This document shows positions 46,489 to 54,942 of a DNA stretch of 64,000 nt, piece by piece. The stretch comes from Thermoplasmatota archaeon. GTDB lineage: Archaea > Thermoplasmatota > E2 > JACPAO01 > JAHFTW01. A program made the translations under genes and the position numbers. How positions within the stretch are numbered: the stretch's first letter is position 1; the number at the start of each line of letters is the position of its first letter. The notes beneath the pieces were generated by a model, which was not told the DNA's origin, ran no database searches, and saw only the letters and a program-made list of their open reading frames with translations. Location of the stretch: the NCBI GenBank assembly GCA_035526765.1, contig DATLBS010000016.1:8681-72680 (forward strand), read 5' to 3'.

Positions 46489-46559
46489 ATCGGGGGACGG
46501 GGCCTTAACGGTTCAGGTGGGGATGGGGGGACGGCAGGTCGGCGAGGCCCCGCCGCCGA

Positions 46560-46700
46560 AGCTAGCCACGGAACGCACGGAACTTCGCGGAAACTGAAAA
46601 CCACCTTCTCTGCAGGCTTCCGTGGGTTCCGTGGCCATCTTCCGTGGGCCCTTGGGTCTTCCGTGGGTGCCGTGGCCAGAAAGGGGAGTGCCTCGCGCGT
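46560..46700 (-). promoter_or_regulatory. array of CCACGGAA direct repeats with inverted TTCCGTG copies, upstream of the membrane-protein/HD operon
   Basis: On the coding strand: GGCCACGGCACCCACGGAAGACCCAAGGGCCCACGGAAGATGGCCACGGAACCCACGGAAGCC...GTTTCCGCGAAGTTCCGTGCGTTCCGTGGC. Confidence 0.4.
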
Positions 46701-46731
46701 TCCGCGACCGCGTGAAGGCCGGGCCACCAAC

Positions 46732-47592
46732 CTAGGCAACACTGATGCTGGAGGCCGAGGGGGCCTGCTGCCCGGACCCGCCCACCATCTCCATCTCGAA
46801 GCTCGAGCCCATCGTGACGCGCATGCCGTCGCGGGCCGCGACGGTGGGGACGCCGGTCCGCTCCGTGATGCGCTGCGCCCATACGCCCGGGTCGCCCTCC
46901 TTCAGGGTCTTGTAGCCGAAGTGGGTGAGCAGCAGGAGGCGGGGGCGGATCTGGTCGGCCAGGCGCTCCACGTCGTCCGTGCACATGTGGTGGGGGATGC
47001 GGTCGTTGCCGCCGCGGGTCATCTGGCATACCACCATGCGGGAGCCCGCGTGCAGGTCCGCCAGTCCGTCGAAGTAGGTGCCGTCGGGGATGTAGCTGAA
47101 CTGGCCGTTGGTGAGCTTGAGGCGGTAGCCGACCGTGTCCGGATCCGAGTGGTCCTGCCGCGTCGCCGCGACCTCGTACATGCCCTCGAGGGTCAGGGTG
47201 CTACCGGCCTTGACCTCGTGCAGTTCCTTCACCATCTGCGAGTGGTACTTCGTGATGACGGGGCCGATGGGCTCCCCCTGGGCTCCCGTGGTGCCACGCA
47301 GCACGGAGCGGGGGGCGACGAGGGTTCCCTTGCGGTCCAGGCCGCCCCGCGTGATGCCCTCCAGCAGGATGGCGGCATCGGTCCAGTGGTCGGGGTGCGC
47401 GTGCGTGACCAGGACGGCGTCCGTCTTGGTGGGGTCCAGCCCGTAGCGGTGCATGTGCACCAGCGCCCCCGGCCCTGGATCGAGGTTAGCCCGCAGGCCC
47501 CTGTCCCTGAGGTACATGCCGCCCGTCTGGCGGAGCTGGCTGATGGTGGTGAACCGGCCTCCGCCGGTCCCCAGGAATGTCAGCTCGGTCAA
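46732..47592 (-). CDS. metallo-beta-lactamase-fold hydrolase
   Basis: MTELTFLGTGGG...VLVTHAHPDHW (HxHxDH). Confidence 0.75.
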   Translation of the reverse strand: MTELTFLGTGGGRFTTISQLRQTGGMYLRDRGLRANLDPGPGALVHMHRYGLDPTKTDAVLVTHAHPDHWTDAAILLEGITRGGLDRKGTLVAPRSVLRGTTGAQGEPIGPVITKYHSQMVKELHEVKAGSTLTLEGMYEVAATRQDHSDPDTVGYRLKLTNGQFSYIPDGTYFDGLADLHAGSRMVVCQMTRGGNDRIPHHMCTDDVERLADQIRPRLLLLTHFGYKTLKEGDPGVWAQRITERTGVPTVAARDGMRVTMGSSFEMEMVGGSGQQAPSASSISVA

Positions 47593-47727
47593 CCCAATTC
47601 ACGGACGCAACAGCCCCGTCCATGCTTTTCATGGTTCCGCCGCTCCGAGGTGCCCCGTGCGGCGCCGGCGCGAGACAGGCCCAGGCGGACGACAAAGCTT
47701 ATCGGAGGACCCCCGGGATTGGCGGGC

Positions 47728-48534
47728 GTGAAGCTCCTGGCGCTTGGGTTGTCCATGGCCATGCTGCTCCTGCCGGCGGCGCAGGCCACCGCGGAGGACC
47801 TCGTGGCGGCGTCGGCCTTGTGCGCCGGCCCCCCCTGCGGGTACATCACGCCCATCGTGGACATGGAGTTCGCGGCCAAGCAGAAGTGCCCCGGCTCGCC
47901 TGGCAGCATCGACCTCTCCAAGTGCACGCCAGTGCCCGCCAGGGACCAGTCCGTCGAGGCCAAGGGCACGTTCCGCTATTACTGGAAGGAGTCCGAGGAC
48001 CTCACGTACCCGCCGGATGCGCAGCAGCCGGTGGTCGTCACCTTCTCCGGCGTCTCCACGAACCCGAAGTGGCTCACCTTCAAGGTGGAGCCGGCCAGCA
48101 TCACCATCGACGCCGTGGCGCTCATGGACCCCCGCAACCTCGTCGTGGACCAGAGCAACCCGGCCAGCCCCGTCGTGTACTACGAGTACAAGCAGGACAT
48201 CACGGTCACCTTCACCCACTCGGGCGACCCCGACGCCGCCGCCCTGCAGAAGGTCGCCGCGAAGAAGGGGCTCGTGGAGCTGTTCCTCAAGGCGAAGTCC
48301 AGCGCCAGTGGGACCTACTTCAAGGAGGGCTTTGGCGTGGAGTCCTTCCGCTTCGACGGCCGCTCCGTGGCAGACCCAAGTGTGGTCACGCGCACGATGA
48401 CGCAGGTGGACAACGGGGTCACCCGCACCGTCACCGTGACGGAGCGGCCCACGCAGGCGGCCCCTGCCGGTCTCCTCGCGCCGATGGCCGGGCTGGCCCT
48501 GGCCCTCCTGGCCATGCGCCGCCGAACCACCTAA
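47728..48534 (+). CDS. secreted protein with a signal peptide and a C-terminal TM+RRR anchor (PGF-CTERM-like variant), GTG start
   Basis: VKLLALGLSMAMLLLPAAQA | TAEDL. C-terminus ...PTQAAPAGLLAPMAGLALALLAMRRRTT. Same C-terminal architecture as 13359..13979. Confidence 0.6.
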   Translation: MKLLALGLSMAMLLLPAAQATAEDLVAASALCAGPPCGYITPIVDMEFAAKQKCPGSPGSIDLSKCTPVPARDQSVEAKGTFRYYWKESEDLTYPPDAQQPVVVTFSGVSTNPKWLTFKVEPASITIDAVALMDPRNLVVDQSNPASPVVYYEYKQDITVTFTHSGDPDAAALQKVAAKKGLVELFLKAKSSASGTYFKEGFGVESFRFDGRSVADPSVVTRTMTQVDNGVTRTVTVTERPTQAAPAGLLAPMAGLALALLAMRRRTT

Positions 48535-49499
48535 GGCCGCTCCCGCGGGGTGCCAGGCTCCACCACGATGTGCCGACCCAGGAGGTCGCTGCGCTTGAGG
48601 CCCACGATGGGCGCGGACCCGACGACGAGGCGCCCAGCCCGCGGCGCCTCCCGGTAGAACACGTGGTTGCCCTTGGCGCCCAGCCACGTGCCGACGTGCA
48701 CGCCATGCGTGGGCGCGCGCCGGGGGATGCCGGGCAATGGCTGGCGCACGGGATGGTCCTCGATGCGGTGAAGGGCCCGCTCGACAGCGTAGCTGGACTC
48801 GAGGCGCAGCCGCAGCTCGTCCGCGCGGCGCTCCACGATGTCCCACGGCACGGGGCGCGCCAGCATGGGGAGGACCTCGCGGTGGCTGCGGTTCTCGGGG
48901 ACGCGGTACAGCAGCGAGACCGCGCGCTCCGTCTGGCGGGCCGTGGGGCGGTCGAGGCCGCGCTGGATGGTGAAGTACGCGTCGGCGCCCTGCTCGCGCA
49001 ACCGCCGCTCCACCCGCCAGGCCTGCGTCATGCCGACCTTGGGGAGCGTGCCGTAGAAGGCGGCGTAGACGAGGTGCTCGACCCCCTTGAACGAGGACAC
49101 GCAGGTGCACGCCGAGGGGTCCAGCTGGCAGCGCGGCTCGAAGACGCACTCCGGCGACTCCAGCCCGCAGCACGAGGCGCACTGGGCGTCCTGGGTCACC
49201 ATCCTGGCCTGGGGGCATGGCTTGTGGGTGCCCTGCTCGATCCTGCCGACGCAGGTGCGCATGCCCTCGATGCGCCACGCGAAGCTGCCCCGCAGCGGCA
49301 CCGCGGTGAGCCCTTCGGGCAAGGGACCCTCGGCGGGGTCGGGGGGCGCCGCCGTTTCAGCGACGGCCAGCAGGACGGCCGCAGGCTCTGCGCAGGGAAG
49401 GGGAGGGCCCGCGGCGAGGGACTGTCCGGCCCCGCCGTCCAGCGCGGCACGAGACGGGGGCGATGGGTGCTCGACCTGGCCGACGATGTGCAGGCGCAT
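48531..49499 (-). CDS. hypothetical Cys-rich protein
   Basis: Internal ATG MRLHIVGQ. Cys cluster CVGRIEQGTHKPCPQ...CASCCGLESPECVFEPRCQLDPSACTC. Sits in an operon with cca. Confidence 0.45.
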   Translation of the reverse strand: MRLHIVGQVEHPSPPSRAALDGGAGQSLAAGPPLPCAEPAAVLLAVAETAAPPDPAEGPLPEGLTAVPLRGSFAWRIEGMRTCVGRIEQGTHKPCPQARMVTQDAQCASCCGLESPECVFEPRCQLDPSACTCVSSFKGVEHLVYAAFYGTLPKVGMTQAWRVERRLREQGADAYFTIQRGLDRPTARQTERAVSLLYRVPENRSHREVLPMLARPVPWDIVERRADELRLRLESSYAVERALHRIEDHPVRQPLPGIPRRAPTHGVHVGTWLGAKGNHVFYREAPRAGRLVVGSAPIVGLKRSDLLGRHIVVEPGTPRERP

Positions 49500-49501
49500 C
49501 C

Positions 49502-50932
49502 TCACCGTTCCCAGGGCCGCCGCGCCAGCACCAGGTCGGCGACCACCGGCGCCCACTCGTCGGGGACGCTGGCAGGGTCGTCGAGCAGGCGGGAACCCGG
49601 CATGGCGTCCTGCACGTGGCGGCCCAGGGGCAGCCCGGGCAGGTGCGCGGCAAGCCAGGTCGGCGCCGTGCGGTGCCGCACCAGGAGCTCCACCGCGAGC
49701 CTCCCATCCGCGCCCTTGCGGACAGGGCCCGCCGCATCGGGGTGGGTGCTCCACTTGGCGCGGAACCGCTCCACGTTGGGCGCACCCGAATCGGGGGGGC
49801 CGGCATGGACCCGCGTCGGGGGCAGCTCGGCTCCGGAGGCCAGCCACTGCAGCAGGACCTGCTCCTCCCTTGCGTCGGCGGTGGCGGTGGCGCGCCGGAC
49901 CGGGAAGCCTGCAGCCTCCAGGGCCGACTCCACGGTGCGGGCGGCCTTCTGGAACTGCGGGAACACGATGTCGAGGCGGTCCGTCCGGGGGCGCAGCAGC
50001 AGTCCCATCCAGCCTTCGTTCCGTTGCGCAAGGGCGGCGTGGAGGGCGGTGGAGGGCTCGGCGCGCGCGGGGGACGGGTCGAAGAAGCGGGCGTGCGGCG
50101 CGGCGCGGTAGGCGCGGGCGGCATCGAGGGCCTGCGCCAGCGTCGGCTCCTGGACGGCGGCGGCGCAGTTGCGGGCGGGGTCCACGGGGTCGACGACGAC
50201 GAGGCAGGCGACGTCATCGCTGACCTCGTCCGCGCCAAGGGCGATGCGGCGCGGGCGGGCGTCGGCGGCCAGCCAGTCGACGAGGCCCGCGAAGGAGCCG
50301 AAGCGGGCGACGAGGACCTCGACGAGGTAGCCGGAGAAGCCGCCGAGCGCGGTCTGGGCGCCGTAGGCTCCGATGCCCTTCATCCATTTCTTGGCCAGGC
50401 GCACCTCCCCCTCCCGGCCCCCCAGGGCGGCGCGCACCCATGCGGTGTGGAAGGGCGTGCGGTCGACGGCGCTCATCCTGGCGGTGGCGCTTGCGACGCG
50501 GTAGGCGGGGACCAGGTCCACCTGCAGGCCCCGGAACGTGCCGATGAGGTAGGGGTGCTGGGCGTAGCGCTTGTGCGAGCCCGACAGGACACGGGGGCCG
50601 ATGGCGAGGGACACCTGCTCGAGGCGTTCCTGCGGCACGGCGGGGTCGAGGAGGAGGAAGCAGTCCAGGTCTGCTCCGCCGCGCAGCCAGGTGCCCTTCG
50701 CCACGGAGCCCTGCACGCTGGCCTGCCCGGGCACTCCCTCCCTCTGCAGTTCGGCGTCGAGGCGGGCAGCGAGATCGGCGGCCACGCCCTGCAGGGCCTG
50801 CTGCTCCGCCTGTGTGGGGGTGATTCGGTCGAGGACCTGCCGCTCCAGGACGCTCAGGGGCGGGGCCGGGGCGGGACCAGTGGAGCCAGTGGGGCCAGTG
50901 GGGCCGCGGTTCGGAGGGGCCGCCTTCATCAT
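49502..50932 (-). CDS. cca: archaeal class I CCA-adding enzyme (tRNA nucleotidyltransferase)
   Basis: Start MMKAAPP. GSVAKGTWLRGGADLDCFLLL (the Pol-beta NTase GS..G.....D.D motif). About 476 aa. Confidence 0.8.
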   Translation of the reverse strand: MMKAAPPNRGPTGPTGSTGPAPAPPLSVLERQVLDRITPTQAEQQALQGVAADLAARLDAELQREGVPGQASVQGSVAKGTWLRGGADLDCFLLLDPAVPQERLEQVSLAIGPRVLSGSHKRYAQHPYLIGTFRGLQVDLVPAYRVASATARMSAVDRTPFHTAWVRAALGGREGEVRLAKKWMKGIGAYGAQTALGGFSGYLVEVLVARFGSFAGLVDWLAADARPRRIALGADEVSDDVACLVVVDPVDPARNCAAAVQEPTLAQALDAARAYRAAPHARFFDPSPARAEPSTALHAALAQRNEGWMGLLLRPRTDRLDIVFPQFQKAARTVESALEAAGFPVRRATATADAREEQVLLQWLASGAELPPTRVHAGPPDSGAPNVERFRAKWSTHPDAAGPVRKGADGRLAVELLVRHRTAPTWLAAHLPGLPLGRHVQDAMPGSRLLDDPASVPDEWAPVVADLVLARRPWER

Positions 50933-51774
50933 GCCGCACCGCCGAGGGAGAGCTGCGCCTGCGCTGGCCCGGCGGGGCGGTCCGCCATGAGGTGCTCCGC
51001 GCCGGTGGCCTTCACCAGCACCTTGCGCATCAGTTCCTCGGCGGCGGCGCTGCCCAGCAGGGGGTCGTCGCCGGGCAGGGCGTACAGGGGGTCGCGCGGG
51101 GGCACGTCGATGCGGGGGCTTGCCCGTCGGCTGAAGAGGTCGCGGTAGCCGCGGCGGACCGCGTCGCCCACGACGACCTTGTCGAGCCCGGCGGGGACCT
51201 GCGCGAAGCCCGCGTGCTGCAGCTCGGCCTGGAAGACTGGGCGTCCCAGCAGGGTCTGCAGGACGGCCAGGGCCAGGCGGGCGCGCTCCGCCTCGGGACG
51301 CGGGGAGTCCTCGAGGGCACGGTGGACGCGCTGGTGGAGGCTCCAGTGGGCCTCGGGGTTGGCCAGCTTGTATTCCTTGCTGGGCGGGCGGTCGAGCTCG
51401 CGCAGGGTGCCGGCCTCCGCCATCGCCTGCAGGTAGCCAGCCACGGTGAGGCGGTGGATGGGGGCGCGGCGGCCATCGGAGAGGGCGCGCGCGATGCCGG
51501 AGATGGAGTCGTGGTCGTGCTCGCGCAGGTGCTCCACGATGCGGTCGCGCAGGGTGGCCTCGCGCGAGAGCCGGCGAGGGGGCGCGGCCGCGGGCTCGCC
51601 GCGCGCGGACGGCAGGCCCTGGGCGGCGCGGGGCCCTGGCGCTGGGTCGTCGCCGCCTTCTTGACGCGGTGCGGCGGTGACGGCCGGGGGGGACGTTGGG
51701 GAGGCTTGCGGCCCCGGCGTGGGAGACTCCTGGTCCTTCGCGCCCTCCCGCTCCCCCGGCACGCACCTGGTCAC
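50929..51774 (-). CDS. hypothetical protein with a Pro-rich N-terminus and a winged-helix-like segment
   Basis: ATLRDRIVEHLREHDHDSISGIARALSD.... Its stop overlaps the cca start. Confidence 0.4.
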   Translation of the reverse strand: MTRCVPGEREGAKDQESPTPGPQASPTSPPAVTAAPRQEGGDDPAPGPRAAQGLPSARGEPAAAPPRRLSREATLRDRIVEHLREHDHDSISGIARALSDGRRAPIHRLTVAGYLQAMAEAGTLRELDRPPSKEYKLANPEAHWSLHQRVHRALEDSPRPEAERARLALAVLQTLLGRPVFQAELQHAGFAQVPAGLDKVVVGDAVRRGYRDLFSRRASPRIDVPPRDPLYALPGDDPLLGSAAAEELMRKVLVKATGAEHLMADRPAGPAQAQLSLGGAA

Positions 51775-51804
51775 AAAGCTGATGACAATAAGGGTGCCGG
51801 GGCC

Positions 51805-52737
51805 TTAGGTGAAACGGCGAAGGGGGCCGGTGGGGCCGAAGAGGTAGCGGAAGGGGGAGCCCATGACGTGCTGGAAGCGTTTGAACGCGGTCGCGAACTC
51901 GCCGCGGAACTCGTCGGCCATCGTGGCGCCGAGGAGGCCGACGAGGAGGCCCCCCGGGATGTCGGTGATCCAGTGGATGCCGAGGTAGAGGATGCTGAAG
52001 GCGAACAGGGCCGTGTTGGCGATGAGGAACCAGAGGAAGCCGCGGTGCTCCCAGTCCCGCAGGGTGTAGCCGCGCCGCTTCATGGCCCACCAGGCCACGC
52101 ACACGAGCCCGAAGGGGATCGCGATGTGCAGGCTGGGGAAGGCGTTGTCGAGGGGGTCGTGGGCGAGGAAGAAGCTGTGCCAGCCTGGGCCGGCATTGTA
52201 GAGGAGGCTGCGGACGCCGGGCACGTAGCGGCTGGTCACCTGGACGTTGAAGAAGATGTAGAACGGCACCGCCAGGAGGTAGATGATGGAGTACGTGAGG
52301 GCCGCGAGGTCGGCCAGCTCCTTGTCGTCGCGGTACGCCCACAGCATGACCGCGAAGTAGGTCAGGAAGACGTAGACCCAAAGGTAGTGGACGTTCAGGA
52401 CGGCCGTGAGCGCGGGGGTCTCCAGCGCGTGCTGGATGTGGTAGACGGCGGGGCCCTCCATCTTCCAGATGAGCCAGGTCTTGTCCCCGAAGACGCCGCG
52501 CACCCGGTCGTTGAGGCTGTCCACCCAGCCCTTCTCGACGACGATGACGGCGAACAGCAGGAAGTTCCACGTGTAGTCCGTGGCCAGGCGCACCATGTTC
52601 GACCAGATGCTGCCCGCCCAGCGCCGCCGCTCGAACCACCAGATGGCCAGCGGCGTCGTGGCCAGCACCGACCAGATGGTCACCGTCCCGAGCGAGACCG
52701 CCACGGCCGCCGAGGCTTCCCTCCTGTAGATAAACAA
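51805..52737 (-). CDS. PAP2-superfamily membrane phosphatase/phosphotransferase (Aur1/sphingomyelin-synthase-like)
   Basis: 6 TM helices. FPSLHIAIPF (PSGH-like) and LGIHWITDIPGG (the H...D motif). Confidence 0.6.
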   Translation of the reverse strand: MFIYRREASAAVAVSLGTVTIWSVLATTPLAIWWFERRRWAGSIWSNMVRLATDYTWNFLLFAVIVVEKGWVDSLNDRVRGVFGDKTWLIWKMEGPAVYHIQHALETPALTAVLNVHYLWVYVFLTYFAVMLWAYRDDKELADLAALTYSIIYLLAVPFYIFFNVQVTSRYVPGVRSLLYNAGPGWHSFFLAHDPLDNAFPSLHIAIPFGLVCVAWWAMKRRGYTLRDWEHRGFLWFLIANTALFAFSILYLGIHWITDIPGGLLVGLLGATMADEFRGEFATAFKRFQHVMGSPFRYLFGPTGPLRRFT

Positions 52738-52834
52738 ACTCGTCTCCTGATAAGGGGCTTATAGCCCTCTTTTGAGGCGCTCATAGACCCTTAAATACTT
52801 CATTTTCTTGGCGAGAGTGCCCGGAAGGACCCTC

Positions 52835-53383
52835 ATGGCTGTCATCCACATCCAGAACGTCGTCGCCAGCACCTCCATCGGCGAGGAGCTCGACCTGAAC
52901 GCCATCAGCGCCACGTTCAGCAATGCCGAGTACGAGCCCGAGCAGTTCCCCGGCCTCGTCTTCCGCGTGCCCGAGCCGAAGACGGCAGCGCTCATCTTCC
53001 GCAGTGGCAAGGTCGTCTGCACCGGCGCCAAGTCCATCGAGGAGGTCCACACGGCCGTCGGCATCGTGTGCGACCAGCTGCGCGCCAACGGGTTCGAGAC
53101 CATCGACGACCCCGAGATCACGATCCAGAACATCGTCGCCACCAGCGACCTGGGCGCCGAGCTGAACCTCAACGCCATCGCGATCGGCCTCGGCCTGGAG
53201 AACGTCGAGTACGAGCCCGAGCAGTTCCCCGGCCTCGTCTACCGCCTCACCGACCCCAAGGTGGTCGTCCTCATCTTCGGCTCCGGCAAGCTTGTGTGCA
53301 CGGGCGCCCGCAAGAAGGAAGACGCCGAAGAGGCAGTGGACAAGATCACGGCCGAGCTCAGCTCCCTGGGCCTGCTGTTCTAG
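52835..53383 (+). CDS. tbp: TATA-box binding protein
   Basis: Two direct repeats: [37 protein letters not shown]... and [39 protein letters not shown].... Confidence 0.9.
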   Translation: MAVIHIQNVVASTSIGEELDLNAISATFSNAEYEPEQFPGLVFRVPEPKTAALIFRSGKVVCTGAKSIEEVHTAVGIVCDQLRANGFETIDDPEITIQNIVATSDLGAELNLNAIAIGLGLENVEYEPEQFPGLVYRLTDPKVVVLIFGSGKLVCTGARKKEDAEEAVDKITAELSSLGLLF

Positions 53384-53559
53384 ACACTCTCCTCGACGGG
53401 ACCGCAGGGTCCGCAGGCTCACCCGAGCGTGAAGCATTCCAACGGAGCATTCCTTCCCCCCACCCATCGGTCGCCGTGAAGACCCGATGGGTGCCATGGG
53501 TATGTGGGGGCGGCGGCGGGTTCCTGCATGCGATGGAAGGGGCGCGCGAAGCGCGCCCC

Positions 53560-53650
53560 GCCGAACCTGCGGAACGCACCCGACTTCACGGAAACCGAAC
53601 TCACGAAGGATTCCGCGGGCTTCCGTGGGTTCCGTGGCAAAATTGAGCGG
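53560..53650 (+). promoter_or_regulatory. array of CACGGAA/CACGAAG direct repeats and TTCCGTGG inverted repeats upstream of the secreted-protein island
   Basis: GCGGAACGCACCCGACTTCACGGAAACCGAACTCACGAAGGATTCCGCGGGCTTCCGTGGGTTCCGTGGC. Confidence 0.4.
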
Positions 53651-53654
53651 CTTG

Positions 53655-53760
53655 TCCTGGTGCTGGACGCCCCCGCCGCCACCAGGTGTTGGACTGCCAA
53701 CGATCCAGAATGGAACGCGGAGCGTCCGACCCTCAAGAACGCCGTGGAGCCCGGGAGTCC
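53655..53760 (+). repeat. intergenic repeat family, copy D
   Basis: CTGGTGCTGGACGCCCCCGCCGCCACCAGGTGTTGGACTGCCAACGATCCAGAATGGAACGCGGAGCGTCCGACCCTCAAGAACGCCGTG... Confidence 0.6.
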
Positions 53761-53893
53761 GACGCAGGACCAGAAGCAAGCCATCGACAGCCAATGAACG
53801 GTCCTCGGTGCCCTGGAGACCCTGAGGCCTTGCGATGCACGCTCCGGAACGGTTTCGCTCTCCTTATCCATCGGAGAGGAGTCGGCAGCCCCC

Positions 53894-54739
53894 ATGCGCC
53901 GCCTCCTTGCCCTCGGCCTCCTCCTCGTCTTCGCCCTCCCCGCGCAAGCGGCCTCTGCCCCCGTCGCCCCGGTCGTCCCCGTCCTCGCCGAGGTCCAGGC
54001 CGCCGACACCGACCTCAACCTGCCCATCCAAGGCTTCAACGCCTTCGTGGGGTACTACGATGCCAACGTCAACGGCCGCTTCGACGGCGTGGCTCCCGAC
54101 GAGCCCGCCTACCTGGACCTGGACGCCTCCCGCAGCGCCACGTACGCTGACCTGCGGCTGTCGCCCTTCGGAGGCCTGCCCGCGGGTGTCCCCGTCCAGG
54201 TCGGGGACATCGACGTGGGGCGCGCCCTGCTGACCCCCGTCAACGCGTGGTTCATGCGCGCCCCCGATGGCGCCTGGGTGCTGGACATGGACGGCAGCAT
54301 GACGCTCTCGGTCGCCGACATCACGTTCCCCTCTGGCGTCCCGACGAAGGTGGCCGCTGGCGCCGCGGGCCTCGGCACGAAGGTGGTGCGCGTGGAGGGG
54401 TCGCAGCCGGGCACCGTCTCCGCTGCCCGCCGGGACCATGGCCTCGCTGACCCTGTCTACATCGAGATGGATGCCTCCACCAGCGGCATTGGCCGAGTGA
54501 CCCTGGGCGACCTGCGCATCACGCCGCAGCCTTCCTTCACCGACCAGCGCCTTGCCGGCACCCCCGACCCTGTGGTGGACACCGCGGCGGGCGAGGCGCA
54601 GGGCTCCTCCGGCCCTTCCGCGTGGCGCGCCCTCGACTGGCTGGTGGTCGGCCTCGTCGTGCTGAACCTCGTGGGGCTCATCGCGATCACCCGCCGCCTG
54701 AACCAGCTCAAGCTGCCGCCCAAGAACCCCTTCAAGTGA
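53894..54739 (+). CDS. secreted protein with a signal peptide and a C-terminal TM anchor, hypothetical
   Basis: MRRLLALGLLLVFALPAQA | ASAP.... C-terminus ...WLVVGLVVLNLVGLIAITRRLNQLKLPPKNPFK. Confidence 0.55.
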   Translation: MRRLLALGLLLVFALPAQAASAPVAPVVPVLAEVQAADTDLNLPIQGFNAFVGYYDANVNGRFDGVAPDEPAYLDLDASRSATYADLRLSPFGGLPAGVPVQVGDIDVGRALLTPVNAWFMRAPDGAWVLDMDGSMTLSVADITFPSGVPTKVAAGAAGLGTKVVRVEGSQPGTVSAARRDHGLADPVYIEMDASTSGIGRVTLGDLRITPQPSFTDQRLAGTPDPVVDTAAGEAQGSSGPSAWRALDWLVVGLVVLNLVGLIAITRRLNQLKLPPKNPFK

Positions 54740-54942
54740 ACGCTGCGGCCATCGGCCGGGCAAGACGGTCCGGCCACCGCGACCACGCCGCCTAGCCGGG
54801 GAGCGGCGCCAAGGAGCCGTCACGGGGCAGCCGGCGACGCTCGATCCAGCTCCACGCCGCCAGGAGGCGGGCCCGCAGCGATGGGAGAGCGCAGAGCCAG
54901 CGACGTCCAGGGGGGAAGGAGCAGGAGGGGGTCGGGCACGGC

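Noticed and set aside
45424-48534. 1036-aa plus-strand ORF
   Set aside because: Only its last about 268 codons (from GTG 47728) form a plausible gene (a secreted protein with a signal peptide). The upstream 2.3 kb is antisense to the membrane protein and MBL hydrolase genes.
49502-52639. 1045-aa minus-strand ORF treated as a single gene
   Set aside because: Only the C-terminal 476 aa (from MMKAAPP at 50932) match the CCA-adding enzyme. The upstream part overlaps the PAP2 and wHTH genes in other frames and is an Arg/Pro-rich shadow.
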